This document shows positions 9,490 to 19,016 of a stretch of 64,000 bases of DNA, piece by piece (position 1 is the first letter of the stretch; every line of letters starts with the position of its first letter). The position numbers were made by a program, and so were the translations under genes. Below the pieces are notes generated by a model. That model saw only the letters and a program-made list of their open reading frames with translations, was not told the origin of the DNA and searched no databases. The DNA lies in NCBI GenBank assembly GCA_963748215.1, contig CAVVHS010000008.1:64001-128000 (forward strand). The letters run 5' to 3'. This stretch comes from an uncultured Gammaproteobacteria bacterium. Its GTDB lineage: Bacteria; Pseudomonadota; Gammaproteobacteria; UBA9214.

Positions 9490-11010
9490 ATGAATGCTAA
9501 AGATGCCGGTGTAGGCATACAGTTCCCCAGCACCCAAGACGGCCATCGAAGCTCCATGGCTGCCAGTAAGGCAGTATTGGCCGCCTCCGTACTAGAGCTC
9601 GACCCGGGACTAGCCGAAGCCATTCAGACAGAACCCAACTGGCATAATCACTACGGACGCTATCTCGTAGACATGGTTCGGCTCTCAGCACGCAGCGACG
9701 CCGCGGCCGTTTCCATTGCGCACAATGGCCTGACTTCAGTTCACGGATCATTCCAGTTCGTCCGCGATGGCGATCAAATGACAGTGCGAGAAGCAATGCA
9801 TCGATTCCGCGAACCGCGTATTTACACCGGCACCATCCATGGAGAGGGGGAGCGACAGAAGCACTTGCAAATACCCTACCGGGATGGATTGCTAAGCGGC
9901 GATGCCCTGAAAAACCAGGTCGATGTCTGGGCACAGAACGGCATCATGGAACCCTCTGCTGCAGAGGCCCTGCACTGCCTCAGCAACCGGAGTGATTGGC
10001 TAGACCTTCGCGATATGCACTTTGTTTTATTGGGTGCTGCGGCCGAGATTGGGCCCATCGAGATGCTTAGCCGGCTGGGCGCCAATATCGTTGCTGTAGA
10101 TAAAGACCAACCGGCTATTTGGAAGAAACTCCTGCGCATCGCTCGGGAGGAGGCTGGATTCATGCAATTTCCCTTGCGTGAACCGTTGCCTGAAGATGCG
10201 GATGACGAGAGCCTGGCCGCTGTCGCCGGTAGCGACCTGTTGACCGCGGCACCCGAGATCCGAACCTGGCTTGCGGCCCTGGATCGTGCCTTCTGCATCG
10301 GTGGCTACGCTTATATGCACGGCCAGAATCACCTGCGTGTGGAGGTGGCGATGGATGCCATCATGGATGATCTGACGTCGCAGCGCAGGGACATCGCCCT
10401 GGCATACCTCCTGACACCAACTGATGTGTACTTGATACCTGATGAGGCCGCACAGGCGGCACGCGAGGACTTTGCACAGGCAGGCATGAGTCGCCTGTGG
10501 CGCGATCCACTGAGGGTACTGACCAAGGGTCGATTGTATGCACCAAATGCCGAATATGACATTAGCGACTTGCATGGCAACCACTATGGGCTATACGACG
10601 GAGTCATACCTCTCCAGGGGCCTAACTATGCATTGGCAAAGCGTATTCAGACATGGCGTGCTCTAGCGGCCCGCACCGCAGGACACCGAGTGTCTGCCAA
10701 CGTCGCCCCTTCCACCACCACTGCCTCGGTGTTAACACGATGGGATTTTGCAGCCGCCTACGCGGGTGCTGGATACTACGGCGTAGAGACTTTCGAGCCT
10801 GCAGCCACTAATGCAATTATGGCGGCGCTGCTTATACATGACTTGCGCAATGACGATTGCCTGGCCAATCCGGCCGTGGCGTTGCCCCACCCTCTGGCGC
10901 TGTTCATGAACGAGGCAGTGCACGGTGGCGTATGGAGGATTGGACTTCAATTACGTTCGGTAATCGAAATCGCGGCTATTAGAGGACTTATTTCTCACCC
11001 GCGCAGGTAA
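9490..11010 (+). CDS. Hypothetical protein, 506 aa, with a Rossmann-like segment
   Basis: Long uninterrupted ORF. FVLLGAAAEIGP...GANIVAVD resembles a beta-alpha-beta nucleotide-binding fold; QGPNYALAKR. Confidence 0.8.
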   Translation: MNAKDAGVGIQFPSTQDGHRSSMAASKAVLAASVLELDPGLAEAIQTEPNWHNHYGRYLVDMVRLSARSDAAAVSIAHNGLTSVHGSFQFVRDGDQMTVREAMHRFREPRIYTGTIHGEGERQKHLQIPYRDGLLSGDALKNQVDVWAQNGIMEPSAAEALHCLSNRSDWLDLRDMHFVLLGAAAEIGPIEMLSRLGANIVAVDKDQPAIWKKLLRIAREEAGFMQFPLREPLPEDADDESLAAVAGSDLLTAAPEIRTWLAALDRAFCIGGYAYMHGQNHLRVEVAMDAIMDDLTSQRRDIALAYLLTPTDVYLIPDEAAQAAREDFAQAGMSRLWRDPLRVLTKGRLYAPNAEYDISDLHGNHYGLYDGVIPLQGPNYALAKRIQTWRALAARTAGHRVSANVAPSTTTASVLTRWDFAAAYAGAGYYGVETFEPAATNAIMAALLIHDLRNDDCLANPAVALPHPLALFMNEAVHGGVWRIGLQLRSVIEIAAIRGLISHPRR

Positions 11011-11105
11011 CTATGCTGATAGCTGTACGGAGGTCCGAAAAGGTCGGTTCCCGGTCACGCGTCTAATTTACTCGGTTATTCCCCCTGGAATTTCCGAGAA
11101 TGGCC

Positions 11106-11324
11106 GATAGTGTTGAAAAACTCCGTTTCCTGGCAGGTAGAGAAAATATTAGCCTGTTAAAGGTGTCACGACTCTGAACACATAGGGAGACAGTAGTTGT
11201 GGCACAATCCCTTTGCAAACAGCCTGTGGAGAACCGTGACATTCAACTGATTTTGAATATCTGATCGAAATCGATTTGAGAAGTAATCCAGACTTACAAA
11301 CTTTTCGAGTTTTTCAACACAATC
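11106..11324. mobile_element. 219-bp non-autonomous MITE with IS1182-like ends
   Basis: 18-bp IRs GATAGTGTTGAAAAACTC / GAGTTTTTCAACACAATC (1 mismatch); GGCC duplicated at 11102-11105 and 11325-11328; no ORF. Confidence 0.8.
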
Positions 11325-11352
11325 GGCCAACTCCTGACCTACAGCGCGATGG

Positions 11353-11376
11353 AAAACGGCCCCGAAGGGCCGTCTT
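11353..11376 (-). terminator. Intrinsic terminator of the VPLPA-CTERM gene
   Basis: ACGGCCC-CGAA-GGGCCGT stem preceded by an A-run. Confidence 0.7.
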
Positions 11377-11385
11377 ATAGAACTG

Positions 11386-11979
11386 TCAAGATACTTGCTT
11401 ACGTCTTGCTATCCCAACCAGTCCCATTAGGCCGGAGCCGAAGAGCCACACTGTAGCAGGCAGCGGCACTACGGAGGTGGTGACCGTCAGCGTCCAGGGT
11501 TGTGCAGGGAAAACCGTGCCGGCCGAAAGCTGGAAGTCCCAGATAGCCCCAAATGTAGTTTGGCTTAACGGCCCGGTTTCCGGCCCAAAGCTGTCAAAAA
11601 ATGACGCCGAGATGCTAGCACCCGAAGTGACGTTATTGAAGTTGTCATCAAACAGATTGGCCACATCATTGTATAAGTCAGTGGTCATGTTCTGACCAAT
11701 GTTGAAATCATCAAACGGCGCCGCAAATGACAGAACGATGCTGTCGACGATCAGATTGGCCACCTGTGTGAATCTGACTCGATCAGTTTCAGCAGGCGGC
11801 GTTGCGTTGATCGAGCCTAGGATCTGGTTGACACCTGCCATAAGGTTCACATTGGTGCTGCCAATAGCGTCCAGGTCACCGTTTACAGATTCGTCGTAGA
11901 TTGTTACCGCGAATGCAGAGCCCACCGACAAGACAAGTGCGGCACCTGTGATAGCACATGCCAAGGTTTTATAGTTCAT
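11386..11979 (-). CDS. VPLPA-CTERM (PEP-CTERM-like) exosortase-sorted surface protein
   Basis: Signal peptide ending AFA; C-terminal VPLPATVWLFGSGLMGLVGIARRK. Confidence 0.9.
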   Translation of the reverse strand: MNYKTLACAITGAALVLSVGSAFAVTIYDESVNGDLDAIGSTNVNLMAGVNQILGSINATPPAETDRVRFTQVANLIVDSIVLSFAAPFDDFNIGQNMTTDLYNDVANLFDDNFNNVTSGASISASFFDSFGPETGPLSQTTFGAIWDFQLSAGTVFPAQPWTLTVTTSVVPLPATVWLFGSGLMGLVGIARRKQVS

Positions 11980-12160
11980 TAATGATCTCTACGTGAAATT
12001 AGTTGCGGCACTGGTTTCCCAAATGCCGTGACTCTTATTCATGATGAATATCTGCAGGACTTACAGTTGTGATAATTTCGACTAATCCTGGGTTTTCTGT
12101 ATGACCGATGTCACAAATACAAACAAACCCATCCGTCAGAAGCATTAACGATAATCAAAA

Positions 12161-12209
12161 TGACCGTACCCCCGTAATCCGACCCTGCTCGGGTTCCGGG
12201 GTACGGTCA
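12161..12209. repeat. 12-bp inverted repeat TGACCGTACCCC / GGGGTACGGTCA
   Basis: Perfect IR with a 25-bp spacer; an 11-bp partial copy lies at 8175-8185. Confidence 0.6.
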
Positions 12210-12246
12210 CGCCCGCCGGCTAGACTTGGTTACTTCAACACCAATC

Positions 12247-12271
12247 AAAAGAAGCGGCCCGAAGGCCGCTC
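12247..12271 (-). terminator. Intrinsic terminator of the DUF4382 gene
   Basis: AGCGGCC-CGAA-GGCCGCT stem preceded by an A-rich run. Confidence 0.7.
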
Positions 12272-12293
12272 ATGTTGGTTGTGAAAACAGCAC

Positions 12294-13226
12294 TTAAGGT
12301 ATAATGGGCGGGAAATCGTAAACTGTATTGGCACCGGCAATAACAGTCACTGTGGCCTCGCTAAGGAAGTTGACAGTCGCACTGTCATCATCAACTACCG
12401 GATCATCTGCCATGGCATCACAGGTAAAGGCAATGTGGTAGTCTCCCTCGGATAGAAATGCGACCTTATAGTTGTATACACCGTCATCAGGAACCAGTGC
12501 CGAGGTAATTGGATCCGGGCCACCACCCGTCCCGTCTTCGTCGTCAGGCGCTCCAGCTGTGCCATCATGGAACACGTAGACAGCACCGCCGCAATTACCA
12601 CTGGCAAAGTAACCTGGATCTATGCTTCCTGATAATGTCCCAACTTCTGTGTTATCCACGATCCGAAGTGTTGGACGCAGTATATAGTCACTGCTGCCGA
12701 CCGGGTCATGCACTGACTTACGCAGATCAAAATCAATTGTGAACTCGGCCATGCCGCCAGCGGGCACAACAAAACCTCGGTTCAGCTTAAGCCCGCTTTC
12801 ATCACCACTCGGAATACGTAGCTCGTACTCCTGGCCAGCGACTACGATGTAGGAGTCACGCACGTTCTGTTTCGCGTTGACCATGAGTCTTAACCAGTTG
12901 TACTGGCCTGAGGGTAAAGTTTCATTATCGAGAATCAAGTCGGAAGTCCCGCCTGTCAACGTCATCAGGTCAATCTGACAGGATGCCGGGTCCAGGGCAC
13001 AACGGTCAGTAAAATCGAATGTGATGCGCGCCCCGCTGGCTGGCTGCAACTCCACACCATAGAACTCGACGACGACTTCGTCAGCACTGTCAACAGGGGC
13101 ATCTGTAAGTCCTAGGCTTAGCGAGCCTGTTGATGCGCCACCACCACCGCCGCCACATGCCGCAAGCAAGAACGTCAATCCGGCGGCAGACATAAGGTTG
13201 ATAAAGCTGGATCCTGCATTTCTCAT
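12294..13226 (-). CDS. DUF4382-domain lipoprotein
   Basis: Lipobox LAAC plus Gly linker; LTDAP, PSGDESGLKL, IDFDLRKS, YILRPTLR. Confidence 0.88.
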   Translation of the reverse strand: MRNAGSSFINLMSAAGLTFLLAACGGGGGGASTGSLSLGLTDAPVDSADEVVVEFYGVELQPASGARITFDFTDRCALDPASCQIDLMTLTGGTSDLILDNETLPSGQYNWLRLMVNAKQNVRDSYIVVAGQEYELRIPSGDESGLKLNRGFVVPAGGMAEFTIDFDLRKSVHDPVGSSDYILRPTLRIVDNTEVGTLSGSIDPGYFASGNCGGAVYVFHDGTAGAPDDEDGTGGGPDPITSALVPDDGVYNYKVAFLSEGDYHIAFTCDAMADDPVVDDDSATVNFLSEATVTVIAGANTVYDFPPIIP

Positions 13227-13416
13227 AAACTTTTACTCTTTCCTGGTGGTTAACTCATCAACTATCCTAGAATCAGACCAGCTTACATAGTGTGAGCTTG
13301 GCAGGATAAATGTGTGGTTATCACTTCAGACCACAGGCAGACATCCGTTGATTTCACATCGATTGTTACTTAAATACTATATGACTCGAAGCAGAGACTG
13401 CTGAAAACCGATTCGA

Positions 13417-13734
13417 TCAACAGTGTCCTTTTTTCCTGTGGCCGGGCGGGCAATGGTAGTAATAAGGCTGGCTTCTCCGAGGTGGAGCATACTCGTGATG
13501 AACTCTCTGCGGTGGATATCGATGAGTGTGCCCGTCGGTAGTAACTGCCGCTCCAACGGCTCCACCGAGCGCACCACCTAGAATGGCACCATCACGACCA
13601 CCGATCTCGTTACCAATGGCTGCGCCGGCGGCACCACCGATGCCGCCGCCGATTGCCGCGTCCAATGTTGAATTATCTGCGTTCACTTCAACAGCTATAA
13701 GCATGACTGCTAGAGCACAATATTTTATCTTCAT
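13417..13734 (-). CDS. Small secreted glycine-zipper protein
   Basis: Signal peptide; GGGIGGAAGAAIG...GGALGGAVG; C-terminal CPPGHRKKGHC. Confidence 0.85.
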   Translation of the reverse strand: MKIKYCALAVMLIAVEVNADNSTLDAAIGGGIGGAAGAAIGNEIGGRDGAILGGALGGAVGAAVTTDGHTHRYPPQRVHHEYAPPRRSQPYYYHCPPGHRKKGHC

Positions 13735-14356
13735 GGGATTAAACGTCCTGGCTTGGGTTAATTATAATTTGCATCATCTTCAATTGTTCCTGGTAATAGG
13801 GTGACCTTGATCACAGTCCAGTTCAGGTATTCGATACTGCCACATAGCTAACTTGTTACCTGTCTGTAAAAGTCTTGATTACAATTGGTCGGCCATTACC
13901 AGCATGAAGTGAGGAAACGGGTATCTTTTCATGATGCACAAGCTCATATCGACCACGTTTCGTCAAATATTACAGCATAAGGCAATTCCTATACCAATGA
14001 CTGAGATGCCATTAGAAAACACTTAGTTACACGGATCTGGTTTGATCTGGGCGAAATACTCACCCCGTAAAAAATGCCGTATGCGTCGTTGAACAAAGAC
14101 ACAAATATACATTCGATAGCTAACATGCTGATGCGGAGGAAATTAATCTGTACCTACTGGACGACATGTCGAGGTAAAGACCTATTGTCAGTAGCTATCA
14201 GCAGTGGTGGAGATAAGCGCGCCTACTGTTGAGGTAGTTCCTATTCAGATAATCGTCATGTATTGCATAACTATACAGCGCCATCAGAACTGAATGAGCA
14301 GGTCCGTTTACGACATGTACCGCGACATTCAGCCCGAAACGACGGACTTCTGATTT

Positions 14357-14405
14357 GGGTCGACTCCCGCCGATTAGCGAAAGTTTATATAAGCGTCTCA
14401 TGTAG
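14357..14405 (+). repeat. 49-bp dispersed site, copy 1
   Basis: GGGTCGACTCCCGCCGATTAGCGAAAGTTTATATAAGCGTCTCATGTAG; aligns without gaps to the copies at 17941 and 19017. Confidence 0.85.
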
Positions 14406-14561
14406 GACGGGAACCGGCCAGCTCTCGCCCTTCCCGGGCGAGATGCGAACGGTGAAAATGCAGCAATATTTGCCGTTCCCGTCATACAGCCTTTAGTTCA
14501 GAGAATGAGCTGTGATTGTCATTCATCCTTGCGCAATGCCGACATGAGACGACATGGCTCC

Positions 14562-15962
14562 TTAATTAATCAATGCCTTAGCTATCACGTCAACCGCCTT
14601 TATAAGCTCGATCCGAAAGCGGTCTGCTCCGCCCGAACCACAGAACCGTCCCAGATCAGAACAAGCAGATTCTGGCTGCACAATTTGCTGCAACCATTCA
14701 ATCCCTATTTCTTCCTTTGAGTGCCATGCATTGCTATTTGTATAAGTAAGAAAGGCATCATATAACGTTGGTTCTCTGAAGGTACCTTTAACTCGCGCAC
14801 GTACTGCAAGTTCGAAGCAATAGCCGCCCTCTTGATTGCATTGCCTAAATTGAATCCTCTGGAGAATCAACTCGAGTGCGCCATCTTGTAGTGAATATTC
14901 TTCATCACTTGCATGATTACTTAACTCGACTGCTAAAGTATTCCCAGCTTCCCTCGCTCTTTCTGCAACGCGTCTACCCAATAGATTGGGGACGTCGATA
15001 CTGTGCAATTCATTAACCAGTTGCTCTATGCAAGGACCCCAAGCCTGCTCCGCAGCGGCCACCTCAGAGGTCTCGAGTGCAGCAGCAAACGGCCAGTAAG
15101 CGAAAGCCAGCAATATCAGCCCGCCGCATCCAGGGCCATAGCAATTGCCACCATAGCGTGAGTCACCCCCCCCGAAGTAACGCTCATGCGCTTTCGCCTT
15201 CCAGTCCGGATAATCAAGGTTCTTGCCGTTTCCGGTCACAATCCTTACGGATTGCAGAAGGGATAATTCATGCTTAGATAAGGAACTTCCGTATCGGGAT
15301 ACCAGAATCTTCTCGAGTCTTCCAAATTCAGGGAAGTTCTGTATAGCAATATCAGTTGCAGCCTCAGTTTCGTCATTCAGTAATACTTCACTACTGCATG
15401 CCTTGTACTGGATATCAGCATGTCGTGTGGTACAAGAGATATGTATAGAACCTGCATAAATGATCGGTTTTTCGGGAGGAACATTAATCCAATAGCTGGG
15501 GCGGCGATTGGATCCATCTGAATCTCGCCATGTTCCTTCTGTGCCATACGGGGTATCAATGAGTATACGATAGCTCCCTGGTTCTAAAAGCAGATAGCGC
15601 CATCCCGCTTTTTGTGCCTCCTCTGACGGCGCATTATTCTTCACCACAGGTATAAACTTGGGCGGCAGAGTGGTAATTCTCACCGGTATCAGTCTAATAA
15701 ACGTACGATCCCAACCAGTCTCCCAGGCCATTATTGGTTTACCGTCATCGGTACCCGAGATACGAAACAAAACGATCGACTTAGCATTGAGCCGAACTGC
15801 AGCTGCTTCACTGGGTGTCAGTTCTCGCACCGGAATCATTGTGCAACTTGGCAATACCACCTGCACAAACAGAATGAATATCATATATATCTTGAGCGGG
15901 CGGTAGCTACCTTGTCGTACCCTGATCGTCCAGCACAATGGGGTTTTGTATTTGGAGTTCAC
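14562..15962 (-). CDS. Hypothetical Cys-containing protein, probable lipoprotein (true start may be ATG 15884)
   Basis: 466-codon ORF in AT-rich DNA; hydrophobic stretch followed by LPSC; no family recognised. Confidence 0.7.
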   Translation of the reverse strand: MNSKYKTPLCWTIRVRQGSYRPLKIYMIFILFVQVVLPSCTMIPVRELTPSEAAAVRLNAKSIVLFRISGTDDGKPIMAWETGWDRTFIRLIPVRITTLPPKFIPVVKNNAPSEEAQKAGWRYLLLEPGSYRILIDTPYGTEGTWRDSDGSNRRPSYWINVPPEKPIIYAGSIHISCTTRHADIQYKACSSEVLLNDETEAATDIAIQNFPEFGRLEKILVSRYGSSLSKHELSLLQSVRIVTGNGKNLDYPDWKAKAHERYFGGGDSRYGGNCYGPGCGGLILLAFAYWPFAAALETSEVAAAEQAWGPCIEQLVNELHSIDVPNLLGRRVAERAREAGNTLAVELSNHASDEEYSLQDGALELILQRIQFRQCNQEGGYCFELAVRARVKGTFREPTLYDAFLTYTNSNAWHSKEEIGIEWLQQIVQPESACSDLGRFCGSGGADRFRIELIKAVDVIAKALIN

Positions 15963-16264
15963 TCCGGAATCTCGTATTAGCTCAGACGTGCGCTATTGTC
16001 CCGAAAATCGTGATTCAAAATAAATCATGGCCATCATCACCATCAGCATCGACCCGGGTCAATACCAATCCAAGGCCTGAAACAGAAAGATCAGTGTAGT
16101 ATCATCAGCTTCGCGAAGAAACTCGTTATTTGGGAATTTCTGACGGTAAAAACAGGTACTTTCGTCTTGAGTAGGAAGCTGCCTACCAGAGCCCGAGCCG
16201 GCAACGGCGTCTTTCAGTGCATTTTCACCGTATAGTCCCTATTTCTGGACGGCAACTTCGGGTC

Positions 16265-17941
16265 CAGACTGTGTGAAAACTCGCTTCATTACTCATTTTG
16301 AAGCGATGCCACAGATCATAGCGCATTTTTCCATATGACCCACTGAGAGGGCGTTCCAGGTGCGAGCATTGCCGGCCTTGCGTGTAAACACTTTCACTGC
16401 CGAGAGATGCTGTGGTACTGCGAGAGCGGTAAAAACGGCCCTGATCAGGCCATCTGCATCTTCAGCATCAGTCCTTCAACACCGAATATACTCATGGCGC
16501 GTTTCAGATTGTAAGCCAGCACATGCAGGCTCATTTCCGTGCTGACATGTTTCAGCGTTTTCATCTGAAAGTGGGTGTGTCCCACCCAGGCTTTCAGCGT
16601 TCCAAAAGGATGCTCTACTGTTTGCCGACGCACCCGCATACGCTCTGGATGTTTATCAAGTCGGGCCTGGAGTCTCTCGATGACCACCTCGTGCTCCCAA
16701 CGAGTCACACGCCGCTCCTTGCCTGGCGTGCACCTGGCTTTGATCGCGCACTGCCCACACACCGAAGTCCAATAACGATAGATCTTCAGTCCATCCTGGA
16801 TTGAGCTCATATGGTTAACTAATCGCTCGCCCGCTGGACACTCGTACTCGTCGTCTTCAGGCTTATAGACAAAGTCACGTTTGTCGAAATAGCCTTTGGT
16901 CTGTTTGTTGGATGTCTGAGGCTTTGGTAAATAGGTCGTAAGCCCGGCTTCGTCGCAGGCTCGTATCTCCTCGTTGCTGAAGTAGCCACGGTCAGCTACC
17001 ACTTCGAGTTCATCGGCACCTATCGCTTCTCGCGCCTGCTCGGCCATGGGTGAGAGCTGGCTCCGGTCATGACCGACGTTCGTTACTTCGTGGGTGACAA
17101 TGATATGGTGCTTCGTATCGACCGCCGTCTGGACGTTGTAGCCGACTATCCCGGAACCACGGCCACTCGTCGCCATCGAGCGAGCATCCGGATCAGTCAG
17201 GGAAATCTGCTGATCAGGTACAGCCAGCATCTCAACTTCGAGCGCCTTTAGCCGTGCTATCTCTCCCTTCAAGATCTCAATCTTCTCCTTCAGTCGCTGC
17301 GACTTGTTTTCCGCCAACTCCGATTCTTGGCGATCAACGCTCTCCATCTCAGAGAAATACCGCGCAATGCTTTCATCAATCTGCTCGAGACGACGCTTTA
17401 ACTTCGCCTTCGTGAAATTCCGGTCACGATTGTTCACAGCCTTGAACTTGCTGCCATCGATAGCGACAAACGCATCAGTAAACAGCTCCAGTTTGCGACA
17501 GATCAGCACAAACTCCCGGCAGACCTTCTGGATGGCTTTGCTGTTATCTTTCCGAAAATCGGCAATGGTTTTGAAAGCAGGGGCTAATCGACCGGTTAAC
17601 CACATCAGCTCAACATTGCGCTGCGCCTCCCGCTCCAGACGACGGCTGGACTGAACGCGGTTCAGGTAACCGTAGATATAGATCTTGAGCAGAGTGGCAG
17701 GATGGTAGGGAGATCGCCCGGTGTCTTCAGGTACAGTTCTGAAACCGAGTGCGCCCAAATCCAGTTCATCAACAAACACATCAATGACACGAACCGGGCT
17801 GCTTTCGGCAATGTAATCATCAAGCCGCTCCGGGAATAATGTGGCTTGTGTCCTGCATTCTCCTTCAATAAAACCTGTCATTTCACGGCTTTCCTGAATG
17901 AAAGCCGTATTATATCGATTCCAGAGTTTTCACACAGTCTG
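16265..17941 (-). mobile_element. IS1182-family insertion sequence, 1677 bp
   Basis: Perfect 18-bp IRs CAGACTGTGTGAAAACTC / GAGTTTTCACACAGTCTG; GGTC target duplication at 16261-16264 and 17942-17945. Confidence 0.93.
16445..17881 (-). CDS. IS1182-family DDE transposase
   Basis: SSRRLE, FKTIADFRK, IDGSK, TDPDAR, GYNVQ, ADRGY, VEHPFG. Confidence 0.95.
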   Translation of the reverse strand: MTGFIEGECRTQATLFPERLDDYIAESSPVRVIDVFVDELDLGALGFRTVPEDTGRSPYHPATLLKIYIYGYLNRVQSSRRLEREAQRNVELMWLTGRLAPAFKTIADFRKDNSKAIQKVCREFVLICRKLELFTDAFVAIDGSKFKAVNNRDRNFTKAKLKRRLEQIDESIARYFSEMESVDRQESELAENKSQRLKEKIEILKGEIARLKALEVEMLAVPDQQISLTDPDARSMATSGRGSGIVGYNVQTAVDTKHHIIVTHEVTNVGHDRSQLSPMAEQAREAIGADELEVVADRGYFSNEEIRACDEAGLTTYLPKPQTSNKQTKGYFDKRDFVYKPEDDEYECPAGERLVNHMSSIQDGLKIYRYWTSVCGQCAIKARCTPGKERRVTRWEHEVVIERLQARLDKHPERMRVRRQTVEHPFGTLKAWVGHTHFQMKTLKHVSTEMSLHVLAYNLKRAMSIFGVEGLMLKMQMA

Positions 17942-17989
17942 GGTCGGCTCCCGTCGATTGGCGAGTTCTTATATAAGGATTTCATGTAG
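17941..17989 (+). repeat. 49-bp dispersed site, copy 2 (IS1182 insertion target)
   Basis: GGGTCGGCTCCCGTCGATTGGCGAGTTCTTATATAAGGATTTCATGTAG. Confidence 0.85.
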
Positions 17990-18370
17990 TACCGGGTTCG
18001 GACAACAGTTGCCGTTCCTTTAACGCAGTAAACTCGCTGATGCGGGTTATCTAATCGGCGACTATCGGCCAACTCCTGACCTACACGGACGACCAGCGAA
18101 GGGCAACTGTGCCGCAGAAGTTGTCGTTCCCGCCCAGTTAATGGTAATTCAGTAACCAGCCACAGACTATCCTTCCCTGGTGCAGTAATCCTGCTCCGAC
18201 TCCCTGTTAATGCAAGGAGGGATTCTTTGCGCCACTGCATACCGCCTGGATTCTCTCTTGTAGTTCCGTGTGTTTTTCACTGCTGTTTTCATTTCTCGCC
18301 TCGTTATGGCATTTTACCGCTTTAACCCGGTGTACGGATTTGGCAGACCACTTCAGTTCAAGGTGACATC

Positions 18371-18778
18371 ATGAGATATATACATACCGGTTCAGTGGCA
18401 CGTACCACCCTCATAACACTGGCCGCCATTGCGGCCTTTTTAGTGGTTGCAATCACGTTGTTGCCCAAAGGGTTTAGCAGCGACACCTCCGTTATCGGAC
18501 AGGGTTCCCATGTCGTCGTGCTTGCTCACAACAAGGAATCGATGTATAGCCTGAACCTCATGGACTCGCTGAATAAAGTTCGTTCTGAATATTCCGATCG
18601 AATTGAATTTCGAGTAGTTGATATGAACACACCGCAAGGACAAGCGTTTCTCCAGCAACAACAAGTCCGATCCGTCTCCTTACTATTTTTCGCGCCAGAC
18701 GGCACGCGGCAACGCGTCGTCAGCAACATCGATGACGAAACCGAATTGCGTGCGAGCCTGAATTCAATTTTCAATTAG
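18371..18778 (+). CDS. Membrane-anchored hypothetical protein, possibly a Cys-less thioredoxin-like fold
   Basis: AAGGTG RBS; N-terminal TM segment; IEFRVVDM...LLFFAPDG pattern. Confidence 0.7.
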   Translation: MRYIHTGSVARTTLITLAAIAAFLVVAITLLPKGFSSDTSVIGQGSHVVVLAHNKESMYSLNLMDSLNKVRSEYSDRIEFRVVDMNTPQGQAFLQQQQVRSVSLLFFAPDGTRQRVVSNIDDETELRASLNSIFN

Positions 18779-19016
18779 TCGTAAATACGACTTTCCGTCA
18801 ATAGCAGCAAGCAAAACCGGGGTCAGAACACAGTTTTCGCGTATAGCAACTTACGGGGAACCGGGTTGGGTCGATGGTTGCAGTCTAGAATCCGACCCGG
18901 GAACGGCAACTTCCAGTACTTTCCTGCCATCCCCAGGAATATCGGGAAAGACCGACCAGGGTCGTTCTTACTCGTTAAGCTCCTGATTATATAGGCAGTG
19001 GCTAAAGGTCGTAGTT

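Noticed and set aside
13800-13815. CRP-like site GGTGA-N6-TCACA upstream of the glycine-zipper gene
   Set aside because: Spacing to the nearest TATAAT fits neither standard activator class; insufficient support.
14380-14410. The TTATATAA...TCATGTAG core as the chromosomal dif site
   Set aside because: Spacer is 5 bp rather than 6, the match to the XerD arm TTATGTTAAAT is poor, and it occurs three times.
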